DNA of 64,000 nt from Eledone cirrhosa. Its lineage: Eukaryota. The stretch spans positions 34,534,001 to 34,598,000 of the forward strand of contig OZ024752.1 of assembly GCA_964016885.1 (NCBI GenBank). The letters are read 5' to 3'. This document shows, piece by piece, positions 14,411-29,580 of this stretch. The first letter of the stretch is position 1; every line of letters begins with the position of its first letter. The notes beneath the pieces are model-generated. The model saw only the letters and a program-made list of their open reading frames with translations. It searched no databases and had not been told where the DNA came from. The position numbers and the translations under genes are program-made.

Positions 14411-15852
14411 AGAGAGAACATGCACAGGGTTACTGAGAAGGGGCAATGGTAATACAGAGAGAACATGCACAGGGTTACTGAGAAGGGGGTAATGGTAAGA
14501 CAGAGAGAACATGCACAGGGTTACTGAGAAGGGGCAATGGTAAGACAGAGAGAACATGCACAGGGTTACTGAGAAGGTGCAATGATAAGACAGAGAGAAC
14601 ATGCACAGGGTTACTGAGAAGGGGCAATGGTAAGATAGAGAGAACATGCACAGGGTTACTGAGAAGGGGCAATGGTAAGACAGAGAGAACATGCACAGGG
14701 TTACTGAGAAAAGGCAATGGTAAGACAGAGAGAACATGCACAGGGTTACTGAGAAAAGGCAATGGTAAGACAGAGAGAACATGCACAGGGTTACTGAGAA
14801 GGGGCAATGGTAAGATAGAGAGAACATGCACAGGGTTACTGAGAAGGGGCAATGGTAAGACAGGGAGAACATGCACAGGGTTACTGAGAAGGGGCAATGG
14901 TAAGACAGAGAGAACATGCACAGGGTTACTGAGAAGGGGCAATGGTAAGACAGAGAGAACATGCACAGGGTTACTGAGAAGGGGCAATGGTAAGACAGAG
15001 AGAACATGCACAGGGTTACTGAGAAGGGGCAATGGTAAGACAGAGAGAACATGCACAGGGTTACTGAGAAGGGGCAATGGTAAGACAGAGAGAACATGCA
15101 CAGGGTTACTGAGAAGGGGCAATGGTAAGACAGAGAGAACATGCACAGGGTTACTAGAGAAAAGGCAATGGTAAGACAGAGAGAACATGCACAGGGTTAC
15201 TGAGAAGGGGCAATGGTAAGACAGAGAGAACATGCACAGGGTTACTGAGAAGGGGCAATGGTAAGACAGAGAGAACATGCACAGGGTTACTGAGAAGGGG
15301 CAATGGTAAGACAGAGAGAACATGCACAGGGTTACTAGAGAAAAGGCAATGGTAAGACAGAGAGAACATGCACAGGGTTACTGAGAAGGGGCAATGGTAA
15401 GACAGAGAGAACATGCACAGGGTTACTGAGAAGGGGCAATGGTAAGACAGAGAGAACATGCAGAGGGTTACTGAGAAGGGGCAATGGTAAGACAGAGAGA
15501 ACATGCACAGGTTTACTGAGAACGGGCAATGGTAAGACAGAGAGAACATGCACAGGGTTACTGAGAAGGGGCAATGGTAAGACAGAGAGAACATGCACAG
15601 GGTTACTAGAGAAAAGGCAATGGTAAGACAGAGAGAACATGCACAGGGTTACTGAGAAGGGGCAATGGTAAGACAGAGAGAACATGCACAGGGTTACTGA
15701 GAAGGGGCAATGGTAAGACAGAGAGAACATGCACAGGGTTACTGAGAAGGGGCAATGGTAAGACGGAGATAACCTGCACAGTGTTACTGAGAAGGGGCAA
15801 TGGTAAGACAGAGAGAACATGCACAGTGTTACTGAGAAGGGGCAATGATAAC

Positions 15853-16072
15853 ACAGAGAGAACATGCACAGGGTTACTGCGAAGGGGAAAGAAGGGGCAA
15901 TGATAAGACAGAGAGAACATGCACAGGGTTACTGCGAAGGGGAAAGAAGGGGCAATGATAAGACAGAGAGAACATGCACAGGGTTACTGCGAAGGGGAAA
16001 GAAGGGGCAATGATAAGACAGAGAGAACATGCACAGGGATACTGCGAAGGGAAAAGAAGGGGCAATGGTAAG
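15853..16072. repeat. 4 x 55-bp variant monomer cassette (1 of 12)
   Basis: Unit ACAGAGAGAACATGCACAGGGTTACTGCGAAGGGGAAAGAAGGGGCAATGATAAG, i.e. a 10-bp internal duplication; four consecutive copies. Confidence 0.95.
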
Positions 16073-18049
16073 ACAGAGAGAACATGCACAGGGTTACTGA
16101 GAAGGGGCAATGGTAAGACAGAGAGAACATGTACAGGGTTACTGAGAAGGGGCAATGGTAAGACAGAGAGAACATGCACAGGGTTACTGAGAAGGGGCAA
16201 TGGTAAGACAGAGAGAACATGCACAGGGTTACGGAGAAGGGGCAATGGTAGACAGAGAGAACATGCACAGGGTTACTGAGAAGGGGAAATAGTAAGACAG
16301 AGAGAACATGCACTGGGTTACTGAGAAGGGGCAATGGTAAGACAGAGAGAACATGCACAGGGTTACTGAGAAGGGGCAATGGTAGACAGAGAGAACATGC
16401 ACAGTGTTACTGAGAAGGGGAAATAGTAAGACAGAGAGAACATGCACTGGGTTACTGAGAAGGGGCAATGGTAAGACAGAGAGAACATGCACAGGGTTAC
16501 TGAGAAGGGGCAATGGTAAGACAGAGAGAACATGCACAGTGTTACTGAGAAGGGGAAATAGTAAGACAGAGAGAACATGCACAGGGTTACTGAGAAGAGG
16601 CAATGGTAAGACAGAGAGAACATGCACAGGGTTACTGAGAAGGGGCAATGGTAAGACAGAGAGAACATGCACAGGGTTACTGAGAAAGGGCAATGGTAAG
16701 ACAGAGAGAACATGCACAGGGTTACTGAGAAGAGGCAATGGTAAGACAGAGAGAACATGCACAGGGTTACTGAGAAGAGGCAATGGTAAGACAGAGAGAA
16801 CATGCACAGGGTTACTGAGAAGAGGCAATGGTAAGACAGAGAGAACATGCACAGGGTTACTGAGATGGGGCAATGGTAAGACAGAGAGAACATGCACAGG
16901 GTAACTGAGAAGAGGCAATGGTAAGACAGAGAGAACATGCACAGGGTTACTGAGAAAAGGCAATGGTAAGACAGAGAGAACATGCACAGTGTTACTGAGA
17001 AGGGGCAATGGTAAGACAGAGAGAACATGCACAGGGTTACTGAGAAAAGGCAATGGTAAGACAGAGAGAACATGCACAGTGTTACTGAGAAGGGGCAATG
17101 GTAAGACAGAGAGAACATGCACAGGGTTACTGAGAAGGGCAATGGTAAGACAGAGAGAACATGCACAGTGTTACTGAGAAGGGGAAATGGTTAGACAGAG
17201 AGACCATGCACAGTGTTACTGTGAAGGGCAATGGTAAGACAGAGAGAACATGCACAGTGTTACTGAGAAGGGCAATGGTAAGACAGAGAGAACATGCACA
17301 GTGTTACTGAGAAGGGCAATGGTAAGACAGAGAGAACATGCACAGGGTTACTAGAGAAAAGGCAATGGTAAGACAGAGAGAACATGCACAGGGTTACTGA
17401 GAAGGGGCAATGGTAAGACAGAGAGAACATGCACAGGGTTACTGAGAAGGGGCAATGGTAAGACAGAGAGAACATGCACAGGGTTACTGAGAAGGGGCAA
17501 TGGTAAGACAGAGAGAACATGCACAGGGTTACTAGAGAAAAGGCAATGGTAAGACAGAGAGAACATGCACAGGGTTACTGAGAAGGGGCAATGGTAAGAC
17601 AGAGAGAACATGCACAGGGTTACTGAGAAGGGGCAATGGTAAGACAGAGAGAACATGCACAGGGTTACTGAGAAGGGGCAATGGTAAGACAGAGAGAACA
17701 TGCACAGGGTTACTGAGAAGGGGCAATGGTAAGACAGAGAGAACATGCACAGGGTTACTGAGAAGGGGCAATGGTAAGACAGAGAGAACATGCACAGGGT
17801 TACTAGAGAAAAGGCAATGGTAAGACAGAGAGAACATGCACAGGGTTACTGAGAAGGGGCAATGGTAAGACAGAGAGAACATGCACAGGGTTACTGAGAA
17901 GGGGCAATGGTAAGACAGAGAGAACATGCACAGGGTTACTGAGAAGGGGCAATGGTAAGACGGAGATAACCTGCACAGTGTTACTGAGAAGGGGCAATGG
18001 TAAGACAGAGAGAACATGCACAGTGTTACTGAGAAGGGGCAATGATAAC

Positions 18050-18269
18050 ACAGAGAGAACATGCACAGGGTTACTGCGAAGGGGAAAGAAGGGGCAATGA
18101 TAAGACAGAGAGAACATGCACAGGGTTACTGCGAAGGGGAAAGAAGGGGCAATGATAAGACAGAGAGAACATGCACAGGGTTACTGCGAAGGGGAAAGAA
18201 GGGGCAATGATAAGACAGAGAGAACATGCACAGGGATACTGCGAAGGGAAAAGAAGGGGCAATGGTAAG
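18050..18269. repeat. 4 x 55-bp cassette (2 of 12)
   Basis: Four consecutive CTGCGAAGGG(G/A)AAAGAAGGGG units. Confidence 0.95.
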
Positions 18270-21200
18270 ACAGAGAGAACATGCACAGGGTTACTGAGAA
18301 GGGGCAATGGTAAGACAGAGAGAACATGTACAGGGTTACTGAGAAGGGGCAATGGTAAGACAGAGAGAACATGCACAGGGTTACTGAGAAGGGGCAATGG
18401 TAAGACAGAGAGAACATGCACAGGGTTACGGAGAAGGGGCAATGGTAGGCAGAGAGAACATGCACAGGGTTACTGAGAAGGGGAAATAGTAAGACAGAGA
18501 GAACATGCACTGGGTTACTGAGAAGGGGCAATGGTAAGACAGAGAGAACATGCACAGGGTTACTGAGAAGGGGCAATGGTAGACAGAGAGAACATGCACA
18601 GTGTTACTGAGAAGGGGAAATAGTAAGACAGAGAGAACATGCACTGGGTTACTGAGAAGGGGCAATGGTAAGACAGAGAGAACATGCACAGGGTTACTGA
18701 GAAGGGGCAATGGTAAGACAGAGAGAACATGCACAGTGTTACTGAGAAGGGGAAATAGTAAGACAGAGAGAACATGCACAGGGTTACTGAGAAGAGGCAA
18801 TGGTAAGACAGAGAGAACATGCACAGGGTTACTGAGAAGGGGCAATGGTAAGACAGAGAGAACATGCACAGGGTTACTGAGAAAGGGCAATGGTAAGACA
18901 GAGAGAACATGCACAGGGTTACTGAGAAGAGGCAATGGTAAGACAGAGAGAACATGCACAGGGTTACTGAGAAGGGGCAATGGTAAGACAGAGAGAACAT
19001 GCACAGGGTTACTGAGAAAGGGCAATGGTAAGACAGAGAGAACATGCACAGGGTTACTGAGAAGAGGCAATGGTAAGACAGAGAGAACATGCACAGGGTT
19101 ACTGAGAAGAGGCAATGGTAAGACAGAGAGAACATGCACAGGGTTACTGAGAAGAGGCAATGGTAAGACAGAGAGAACATGCACAGGGTTACTGAGTTGG
19201 GGCAATGGTAAGACAGAGAGAACATGCACAGGGTAACTGAGAAGAGGCAATGGTAAGACAGAGAGAACATGCACAGGGTTACTGAGAAAAGGCAATGGTA
19301 AGACAGAGAGAACATGCACAGTGTTACTGAGAAGGGGCAATGGTAAGACAGAGAGAACATGCACAGGGTTACTGAGAAAAGGCAATGGTAAGACAGAGAG
19401 AACATGCACAGTGTTACTGAGAAGGGGCAATGGTAAGACAGAGAGAACATGCACAGGGTTACTGAGAAGGGCAATGGTAAGACAGAGAGAACATGCACAG
19501 TGTTACTGAGAAGGGGAAATGGTTAGACAGAGAGACCATGCACAGTGTTACTGTGAAGGGCAATGGTAAGACAGAGAGAACATGCACAGTGTTACTGAGA
19601 AGGGCAATGGTAAGACAGAGAGAACATGCACAGTGTTACTGAGAAGGGCAATGGTAAGACAGAGAGAACATGCACAGTGTTACTGAGAAGGGCAATGGTA
19701 AGACAGAGAGAACATGCACAGGGTTACTGAGAAGAGGCAATGGTAAGACAGAGAGAACATGCACAGGGTTACTGAGAAGAGGCAATGGTAAGACAGAGAG
19801 AACATGCACAGGGTTACTGAGAAGGGGCAATGGTAAGACAGAGAGAACATGCACAGGGTAACTGAGAAGGGGCAATGGTAAGACAGAGAGAACATGCACA
19901 GGGTTACTGAGAAGGGGCAATGGTAAGACAGAGAGAACATGCACAGGGTTACTGAGAAAGGGGTAATTGTAAGACAGAGAGAACATGCACAATGTTACTG
20001 AGAAGGGGCAATGGTAAGACAGAGAGAACATGCACAGGGTTACTGAGAAGGGGCAATGGTAAGACAGAGAGAACATGCACAGGGTTACTGAGAAGGGGCA
20101 ATGGTAAGACAGAGAGAACATGCACAGGGTTACTGAGAAGAGGCAATGGTAAGACAGAGAGAACATGCACAGGGTTACTGAGAAGAGGCAATGGTAAGAC
20201 AGAGAGAACATGCACAGGGTTACTGAGAAGGGGCAATGGTAAGACAGAGAGAACATGCACAGGGTTACTGAGAAGAGGCAATGGTAAGACAGAGAGAACA
20301 TGCACAGGGTTACTGAGAAGGGGCAATGGTAAGATAGAGAGAACATGCACAGGGTTACTGAGAAGGGGCAATGGTAAGACAGAGAGAACATGCACAGGGT
20401 TACTGAGAAGGGGCAATGGTAAGACAGAGAGAACATGCACAGGGTTACTGAGAAGGGGCAATGGTAAGACAGAGAGAACATGCACAGGGTTACTGAGAAG
20501 GGGCAATGGTAAGACAGAGAGAACATGCACAGGGTTACTGAGAAGGGGCAATGGTAAGACAGAGAGAACATGCACAGGGTTACTGAGAAGGGGCAATGGT
20601 AAGACAGAGAGAACATGCACAGGGTTACTAGAGAAAAGGCAATGGTAAGACAGAGAGAACATGCACAGGGTTACTGAGAAGGGGCAATGGTAAGACAGAG
20701 AGAACATGCACAGGGTTACTGAGAAGGGGCAATGGTAAGACAGAGAGAACATGCACAGGGTTACTGAGAAGGGGCAATGGTAAGACAGAGAGAACATGCA
20801 CAGGGTTACTAGAGAAAAGGCAATGGTAAGACAGAGAGAACATGCACAGGGTTACTGAGAAGGGGCAATGGTAAGACAGAGAGAACATGCACAGGGTTAC
20901 TGAGAAGGGGCAATGGTAAGACAGAGAGAACATGCACAGGGTTACTGAGAAGGGGCAATGGTAAGACAGAGAGAACATGCACAGGGTTACTGAGAAGGGG
21001 CAATGGTAAGACAGAGAGAACATGCACAGGGTTACTGAGAAGGGGCAATGGTAAGACAGAGAGAACATGCACAGGGTTACTAGAGAAAAGGCAATGGTAA
21101 GACAGAGAGAACATGCACAGGGTTACTGAGAAGGGGCAATGGTAAGACAGAGAGAACATGCACAGGGTTACTGAGAAGGGGCAATGGTAAGACAGAGAGA

Positions 21201-21326
21201 ACATGCACAGGGTTACTGAGAAGGGGCAATGGTAAGACGGAGATAACCTGCACAGTGTTACTGAGAAGGGGCAATGGTAAGACAGAGAGAACATGCACAG
21301 TGTTACTGAGAAGGGGCAATGATAAC

Positions 21327-21546
21327 ACAGAGAGAACATGCACAGGGTTACTGCGAAGGGGAAAGAAGGGGCAATGATAAGACAGAGAGAACATGCACAG
21401 GGTTACTGCGAAGGGGAAAGAAGGGGCAATGATAAGACAGAGAGAACATGCACAGGGTTACTGCGAAGGGGAAAGAAGGGGCAATGATAAGACAGAGAGA
21501 ACATGCACAGGGATACTGCGAAGGGAAAAGAAGAGGCAATGGTAAG
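21327..21546. repeat. 4 x 55-bp cassette (3 of 12)
   Basis: Four consecutive 55-bp units; the last has AAGAGGC. Confidence 0.95.
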
Positions 21547-24500
21547 ACAGAGAGAACATGCACAGGGTTACTGAGAAGGGGCAATGGTAAGACAGAGAGA
21601 ACATGTACAGGGTTACTGAGAAGGGGCAATGGTAAGACAGAGAGAACATGCACAGGGTTACTGAGAAGGGGCAATGGTAAGACAGAGAGAACATGCACAG
21701 GGTTACGGAGAAGGGGCAATGGTAGACAGAGAGAACATGCACAGGGTTACTGAGAAGGGGAAATAGTAAGACAGAGAGAACATGCACTGGGTTACTGAGA
21801 AGGGGCAATGGTAAGACAGAGAGAACATGCACAGGGTTACTGAGAAGGGGCAATGGTAGACAGAGAGAACATGCACAGTGTTACTGAGAAGGGGAAATAG
21901 TAAGACAGAGAGAACATGCACTGGGTTACTGAGAAGGGGCAATGGTAAGACAGAGAGAACATGCACAGGGTTACTGAGAAGGGGCAATGGTTAGACAGAG
22001 AGAACATGCACAGTGTTACTGAGAAGGGGAAATAGTAAGACAGAGAGAACATGCACAGGGTTACTGAGAAGAGGCAATGGTAAGACAGAGAGAACATGCA
22101 CAGGGTTACTGAGAAGGGGCAATGGTAAGACAGAGAGAACATGCACAGGGTTACTGAGAAAGGGCAATGGTAAGACAGAGAGAACATGCACAGGGTTACT
22201 GAGAAGAGGCAATGGTAAGACAGAGAGAACATGCACAGGGTTACTGAGAAGAGGCAATGGTAAGACAGAGAGAACATGCACAGGGTTACTGAGAAGAGGC
22301 AATGGTAAGACAGAGAGAACATGCACAGGGTTACTGAGATGGGGCAATGGTAAGACAGAGAGAACATGCACAGGGTAACTGAGAAGAGGCAATGGTAAGA
22401 CAGAGAGAACATGCACAGGGTTACTGAGAAAAGGCAATGGTAAGACAGAGAGAACATGCACAGTGTTACTGAGAAGGGGCAATGGTAAGACAGAGAGAAC
22501 ATGCACAGGGTTACTGAGAAAAGGCAATGGTAAGACAGAGAGAACATGCACAGTGTTACTGAGAAGGGGCAATGGTAAGACAGAGAGAACATGCACAGGG
22601 TTACTGAGAAGGGCAATGGTAAGACAGAGAGAACATGCACAGTGTTACTGAGAAGGGGAAATGGTTAGACAGAGAGACCATGCACAGTGTTACTGTGAAG
22701 GGCAATGGTAAGACAGAGAGAACATGCACAGTGTTACTGAGAAGGGCAATGGTAAGACAGAGAGAACATGCACAGTGTTACTGAGAAGGGCAATGGTAAG
22801 ACAGAGAGAACATGCACAGGGTTACTGAGAAGAGGCAATGGTAAGACAGAGAGAACATGCACAGGGTTACTGAGAAGAGGCAATGGTAAGACAGAGAGAA
22901 CATGCACAGGGTTACTGAGAAGGGGCAATGGTAAGACAGAGAGAACATGCACAGGGTAACTGAGAAGGGGCAATGGTAAGACAGAGAGAACATGCACAGG
23001 GTTACTGAGAAGGGGCAATGGTAAGACAGAGAGAACATGCACAGGGTTACTGAGAAAGGGGTAATTGTAAGACAGAGAGAACATGCACAATGTTACTGAG
23101 AAGGGGCAATGGTAAGACAGAGAAAACATGCACAGGGTTACTGAGAAGGGGCAATGGTAAGACAGAGAGAACATGCACAGGGTTACTGAGAAGGGGCAAT
23201 GGTAAGACAGAGAGAACATGCACAGGGTTACTGAGAAGAGGCAATGGTAAGACAGAGAGAACATGCACAGGGTTACTGAGAAGAGGCAATGGTAAGACAG
23301 AGAGAACATGCACAGGGTTACTGAGAAGGGGCAATGGTAAGACAGAGAGAACATGCACAGCGTTACTGAGAAGAGGCAATGGTAAGACAGAGAGAACATG
23401 TACAGGGTTACTGAGAAGGGGCAATGGTAAGACAGAGAGAACATGCACAGGGTTACTGAGAAGAGGCAATGGTAAGACAGAGAGAACATGCACAGGGTTA
23501 CTGAGAAGAGGCAATGGTAAGACAGAGAGAACATGCACTGGGTTACTGAGAAGGGGCAATGGTAAGACAGAGAGAACATGCACAGGGTTACTGAGAAGGG
23601 GCAATGGTAAGACAGAGAGAACATGCACAGTGTTACTGAGAAGGGGCAATGGTAAGACAGAGAGAACATGCACAGGGTTACTGAGAAGGGGCAATGGTAA
23701 GACAGAGAGAACATGCACAGGGTTAATGAGAAGAGGCAATGGTAAGACAGAGAGAACATGCACAGTGTTACTGAGAAGGGGCAATGGTAAGACAGAGAGA
23801 ACATGCACAGGGTTACTGAGAAGAGGCAATGGTAAGACAGAGAGAACATGCACAGGGTTACTGAGAAGGGGCAATGGTAAGACAGAGAGAACATGCACAG
23901 GGTTAATGAGAAGAGGCAATGGTAAGACAGAGAGAACATGCACAGGGTTACTGAGAAGGGGCAATGGTAAGACAGAGAGAACATGCACAGGGTTACTGAG
24001 AAGGGGCAATGGTAAGACAGAGAGAACATGCACAGTGTTACTGAGAAGGGGCAATGGTAAGACAGAGAGAACATGCACAGGGTTACTGAGAAGGGGCAAT
24101 GGTAAGACAGAGAGAACATGCACAGGGTTACTGAGAAGAGGCAATGGTAAGACAGAGAGAACATGCACAGGGTTACTGAGAAGGGGCAATGGTAAGACAG
24201 AGAGAACATGCACAGGGTTACTGAGAAGGGGCAATGGTAAGACAGAGAGAACATGCACAGGGTTACTGAGAAGAGGCAATGGTAAGACAGAGAGAACATG
24301 CACAGGGTTACTGAGAAGGGGCAATGGTAAGACAGAGAGAACATGCACAGGGTTACTGAGAAGGGGCAATGGTAAGACAGAGAGAACATGCACAGGGTTA
24401 CTGAGAAAGGGCAATGGTAAGACAGAGAGAACATGTACAGGGTTACTGAGAAGGGGCAATGGTAAGAAAGAGAGAACATGCACAGTGTTACTGAGAAGGG

Positions 24501-25277
24501 GCAATGGTAAGACAGAGAGAACATGCACAGGGTTACTGTGAAGGGGGAATGGTAAGACAGAGAGAACATGCACAGTGTTACTGAGAAGGGGCAATGGTAA
24601 GACAGAGAGAACATGCACAGGGTTACTGAGAAGGGGGAATGGTAAGACAGAGAGAACATGCACAGTGTTACTGAGAAGGGGCAATGGTAAGACAGAGAGA
24701 ACATGCACAGTGTTACTGAGAAGGGGCAATGGTAAGACAGAGAGAACATGCACAGGGTTACTGAGAAGAAGCAATGGTAAGACAGAGAGAACATGCACAG
24801 TGTTACTGAGAAGAAGCAATGGTAAGACAGAGAGGACATGCACAGGGTTACTAGAGAAAAAGCAATGGTAAGACAGAGAGAACATGCACAGGGTTACTGA
24901 GAAGGGGCAATGGTAAGACAGAGAGAACATGCACAGGGTTACTGAGAAGGGGCAATGGTAAGACAGAGAGAACATGCACAGGGTTACTGAGAAGGGGCAA
25001 TGGTAAGACAGAGAGAACATGCACAGGGTTACTGAGAAGGGGCAATGATAAGACAGAGAGAACATGCACAGGGTTACTGAGAAGGGGCAATGGTAAGACA
25101 GAGAGAACATGCACAGGGTTACTGAGAAGGGGCAATGATAAGACAGAGAGAACATGCACAGGGTTACTGAGAAGGGGCAATGGTAAGACGGAGAGAACCT
25201 GCACAGGGTTACTGAGAAGGGGCAATGGTAAGACAGAGAGAACATGCACAGGGTTACTGAGTAGGGGCAATGATAAC

Positions 25278-25497
25278 ACAGAGAGAACATGCACAGGGTT
25301 ACTGCGAAGGGGAAAGAAGGGGCAATGATAAGACAGAGAGAACATGCACAGGGTTACTGCGAAGGGGAAAGAAGGGGCAATGATAAGACAGAGAGAACAT
25401 GCACAGGGTTACTGCGAAGGGGAAAGAAGGGGCAATGATAAGACAGAGAGAACATGCACAGGGATACTGCGAAGGGAAAAGAAGGGGCAATGGTAAG
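25278..25497. repeat. 4 x 55-bp cassette (4 of 12)
   Basis: Four consecutive 55-bp units, preceded by GAGTAGGGG...GATAACAC. Confidence 0.95.
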
Positions 25498-27118
25498 ACA
25501 GAGAGAACATGCACAGGGTTACTGAGAAGGGGCAATGGTAAGACAGAGAGAACATGTACAGGGTTACTGAGAAGGGGCAATGGTAAGACAGAGAGAACAT
25601 GCACAGGGTTACTGAGAAGGGGCAATGGTAAAACAGAGAGAACATGCACAGGGTTACGGAGAAGGGGCAATGGTAAGACAGAGAGAACATGCACAGTGTT
25701 ACTGAGAAGGGGAAATAGTAAGACAGAGAGAACATGCACTGGGTTACTGAGAAGGGGCAATGGTAAGACAGAGAGAACATGCACAGGGTTACTGAGAAGG
25801 GGCAATGGTAAGACAGAGAGAACATGCACAGGGTTACTGAGAAGGGGCAATGGTAAGACAGAGAGAACATGCACAGGGTTACTGAGAAGGGGCAATGGTA
25901 AGACAGAGAGAACATGCACAGGGTTACTGAGAAGAGGCAATGGTAAGACAGAGAGAACATGCACAGGGTTACTGAGAAGGGGCAATGGTAAGACAGAGAG
26001 AACATGCACAGGGTTACTGAGAAGGGGCAATGGTAAGACAGAGAGAACATGCACAGGGTTACTGAGAAGAGGCAATGGTAAGACAGAGAGAACATGCACA
26101 GGGTTACTGAGAAGGGGCAATGGTAAGACAGAGAGAACATGCACAGGGTAACTGAGAAGGGGCAATGGTAAGACAGAGAGAACATGCACAGGGTTACTGA
26201 GAAAGGGCAATGGTAAGACAGAGAGAACATGTACAGGGTTACTGAGAAGGGGCAATGGTAAGAAAGAGAGAACATGCACAGTGTTACTGAGAAGGGGCAA
26301 TGGTAAGACAGAGAGAACATGCACAGGGTTACTGTGAAGGGGGAATGGTAAGACAGAGAGAACATGCACAGTGTTACTGAGAAGGGGCAATGGTAAGACA
26401 GAGAGAACATGCACAGGGTTACTGAGAAGGGGGAATGGTAAGACAGAGAGAACATGCACAGTGTTACTGAGAAGGGGGAATGGTAAGACAGAGAGAACAT
26501 GCACAGTGTTACTGAGAAGGGGCAATGGTAAGACAGAGAGAACATGCACAGTGTTACTGAGAAGGGGCAATGGTAAGACAGAGAGAACATGCACAGGGTT
26601 ACTGAGAAGAAGCAATGGTAAGACAGAGAGAACATGCACAGTGTTACTGAGAAGAAGCAATGGTAAGACAGAGAGGACATGCACAGGGTTACTAGAGAAA
26701 AAGCAATGGTAAGACAGAGAGAACATGCACAGGGTTACTGAGAAGGGGCAATGGTAAGACAGAGAGAACATGCACAGGGTTACTGAGAAGGGGCAATGGT
26801 AAGACAGAGAGAACATGCACAGGGTTACTGAGAAGGGGCAATGGTAAGACAGAGAGAACATGCACAGGGTTACTGAGAAGGGGCAATGATAAGACAGAGA
26901 GAACATGCACAGGGTTACTGAGAAGGGGCAATGGTAAGACAGAGAGAACATGCACAGGGTTACTGAGAAGGGGCAATGATAAGACAGAGAGAACATGCAC
27001 AGGGTTACTGAGAAGGGGCAATGGTAAGACGGAGAGAACCTGCACAGGGTTACTGAGAAGGGGCAATGGTAAGACAGAGAGAACATGCACAGGGTTACTG
27101 AGTAGGGGCAATGATAAC

Positions 27119-27338
27119 ACAGAGAGAACATGCACAGGGTTACTGCGAAGGGGAAAGAAGGGGCAATGATAAGACAGAGAGAACATGCACAGGGTTACTG
27201 CGAAGGGGAAAGAAGGGGCAATGATAAGACAGAGAGAACATGCACAGGGTTACTGCGAAGGGGAAAGAAGGGGCAATGATAAGACAGAGAGAACATGCAC
27301 AGGGATACTGCGAAGGGAAAAGAAGGGGCAATGGTAAG
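27119..27338. repeat. 4 x 55-bp cassette (5 of 12)
   Basis: Four consecutive 55-bp units. Confidence 0.95.
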
Positions 27339-29360
27339 ACAGAGAGAACATGCACAGGGTTACTGAGAAAGGGCAATGGTAAGACAGAGAGAACATGTAC
27401 AGGGTTACTTAGAAGGGGCAATGGTAAGACAGAGAGAACATGCACAGGGTTACTGAGAAGGGGCAATGGTAAGACAGAGAGAACATGCACAGGGTTACGG
27501 AGAAGGGGCAATGGTAAGACAGAGAGAACATGCACAGTGTTACTGAGAAGGGGAAATAGTAAGACAGAGAGAACATGCACTGGGTTACTGAGAAGGGGCA
27601 ATGGTAAGACAGAGAGAACATGCACAGGGTTACTGAGAAGGGGCAATGGTAAGACAGAGAGAACATGCACAGGGTTACTGAGAAGGGGCAATGGTAAGAC
27701 AGAGAGAACATGCACAGTGTTACTGAGAAGGGGAAATAGTAAGACAGAGAGAACATGCACTGGGTTACTGAGAAGGGGCAATGGTAAGACAGAGAGAACA
27801 TGCACAGGGTTACTGAGAAGAGGCAATGGTAAGACAGAGAGAACATGCACAGGGTTACTGAGAAAGGGCAATTGTAAGACAGAGAGAACATGCACAGGGT
27901 TACTGAGAAGAGGCAATGGTAAGACAGAGAGAACATGCACAGGGTTACTGAGAAGAGGCAATGGTAAGACAGAGAGAACATGCACAGGGTAACTGAGAAG
28001 AGGCAATGGTAAGACAGAGAGAACATGCACAGGGTTACTGAGAAAAGGCAATGGTGAGACAGAGAGAACATGCACAGGGTTACTGAGAAGGGGCAATGGT
28101 AAGACAGAGAGAACATGCACAGGGTTACTGAGAAAAGGCAATGGTAAGACAGAGAGAACATGCACAGTGTTACTGAGAAGGGGCAATGGTAAGACAGAGA
28201 GAACATGCACATGGTTACTGAGAAAAGGCAATGGTAAGACAGAGAGAACATGCACAGTGTTACTGAGAAGGGGCAATGGTAAGACAGAGAGAACATGCAC
28301 AGGGTTACTGAGAAGGGCAATGGTAAGACAGAGAGAACATGCACAGTGTTACTGAGAAGGGGAAATGGTTAGACAGAGAGACCATGCACAGTGTTACTGT
28401 GAAGGGCAATGGTAACACAGAGAGAACATGCACAGTGTTACTGAGAAGGGCAATGGTAAGACAGAGAGAACATGCACAGTGTTACTGAGAAGGGCAATGG
28501 TAAGACAGAGAGAACATGGACAGGGTTACTGAGAAGGGGGAATGGTAAGAAAGAGAGAACATGCACAGTGTTACTGAGAAGGGGCAATGGTAAGACAGAG
28601 AGAACATGCACAGGGTTACTGTGAAGGGGGAATGGTAAGACAGAGAGAACATGCACAGTGTTACTGAGAAGGGGCAATGGTAAGACAGAGAGAACATGCA
28701 CAGGGTTACTGAGAAGGGGGAATGGTAAGACAGAGAGAACATGCACAGTGTTACTGAGAAGGGGCAATGGTAAGACAGAGAGAACATGCACAGTGTTACT
28801 GAGAAGGGGCAATGGTAAGACAGAGAGAACATGCACAGGGTTACTGAGAAGAAGCAATGGTAAGACAGAGAGAACATGCACAGTGTTACTGAGAAGAAGC
28901 AATGGTAAGACAGAGAGGACATGCACAGGGTTACTAGAGAAAAAGCAATGGTAAGACAGAGAGAACATGCACAGGGTTACTGAGAAGGGGCAATGGTAAG
29001 ACAGAGAGAACATGCACAGGGTTACTGAGAAGGGGCAATGGTAAGACAGAGAGAACATGCACAGGGTTACTGAGAAGGGGCAATGGTAAGACAGAGAGAA
29101 CATGCACAGGGTTACTGAGAAGGGGCAATGATAAGACAGAGAGAACATGCACAGGGTTACTGAGAAGGGGCAATGGTAAGACAGAGAGAACATGCACAGG
29201 GTTACTGAGAAGGGGCAATGATAAGACAGAGAGAACATGCACAGGGTTACTGAGAAGGGGCAATGGTAAGACGGAGAGAACCTGCACAGGGTTACTGAGA
29301 AGGGGCAATGGTAAGACAGAGAGAACATGCACAGGGTTACTGAGTAGGGGCAATGATAAC

Positions 29361-29580
29361 ACAGAGAGAACATGCACAGGGTTACTGCGAAGGGGAAAGA
29401 AGGGGCAATGATAAGACAGAGAGAACATGCACAGGGTTACTGCGAAGGGGAAAGAAGGGGCAATGATAAGACAGAGAGAACATGCACAGGGTTACTGCGA
29501 AGGGGAAAGAAGGGGCAATGATAAGACAGAGAGAACATGCACAGGGATACTGCGAAGGGAAAAGAAGGGGCAATGGTAAG
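29361..29580. repeat. 4 x 55-bp cassette (6 of 12)
   Basis: Four consecutive 55-bp units. Confidence 0.95.

Larger units (their letters stand above)
15130..23400. repeat. Three copies of a ~2.2-3.3 kb higher-order block (starts ~15130, ~17330, ~20605)
   Basis: Each copy has three CTAGAGAAAAGG units spaced 181 and 271 bp apart, then ACGGAGATAACCTG, a 4x55-bp cassette, GGTAGAC deletions and a 44-bp CACAGTG cluster. ORF-track offsets are 2197 and 3277. Confidence 0.9.
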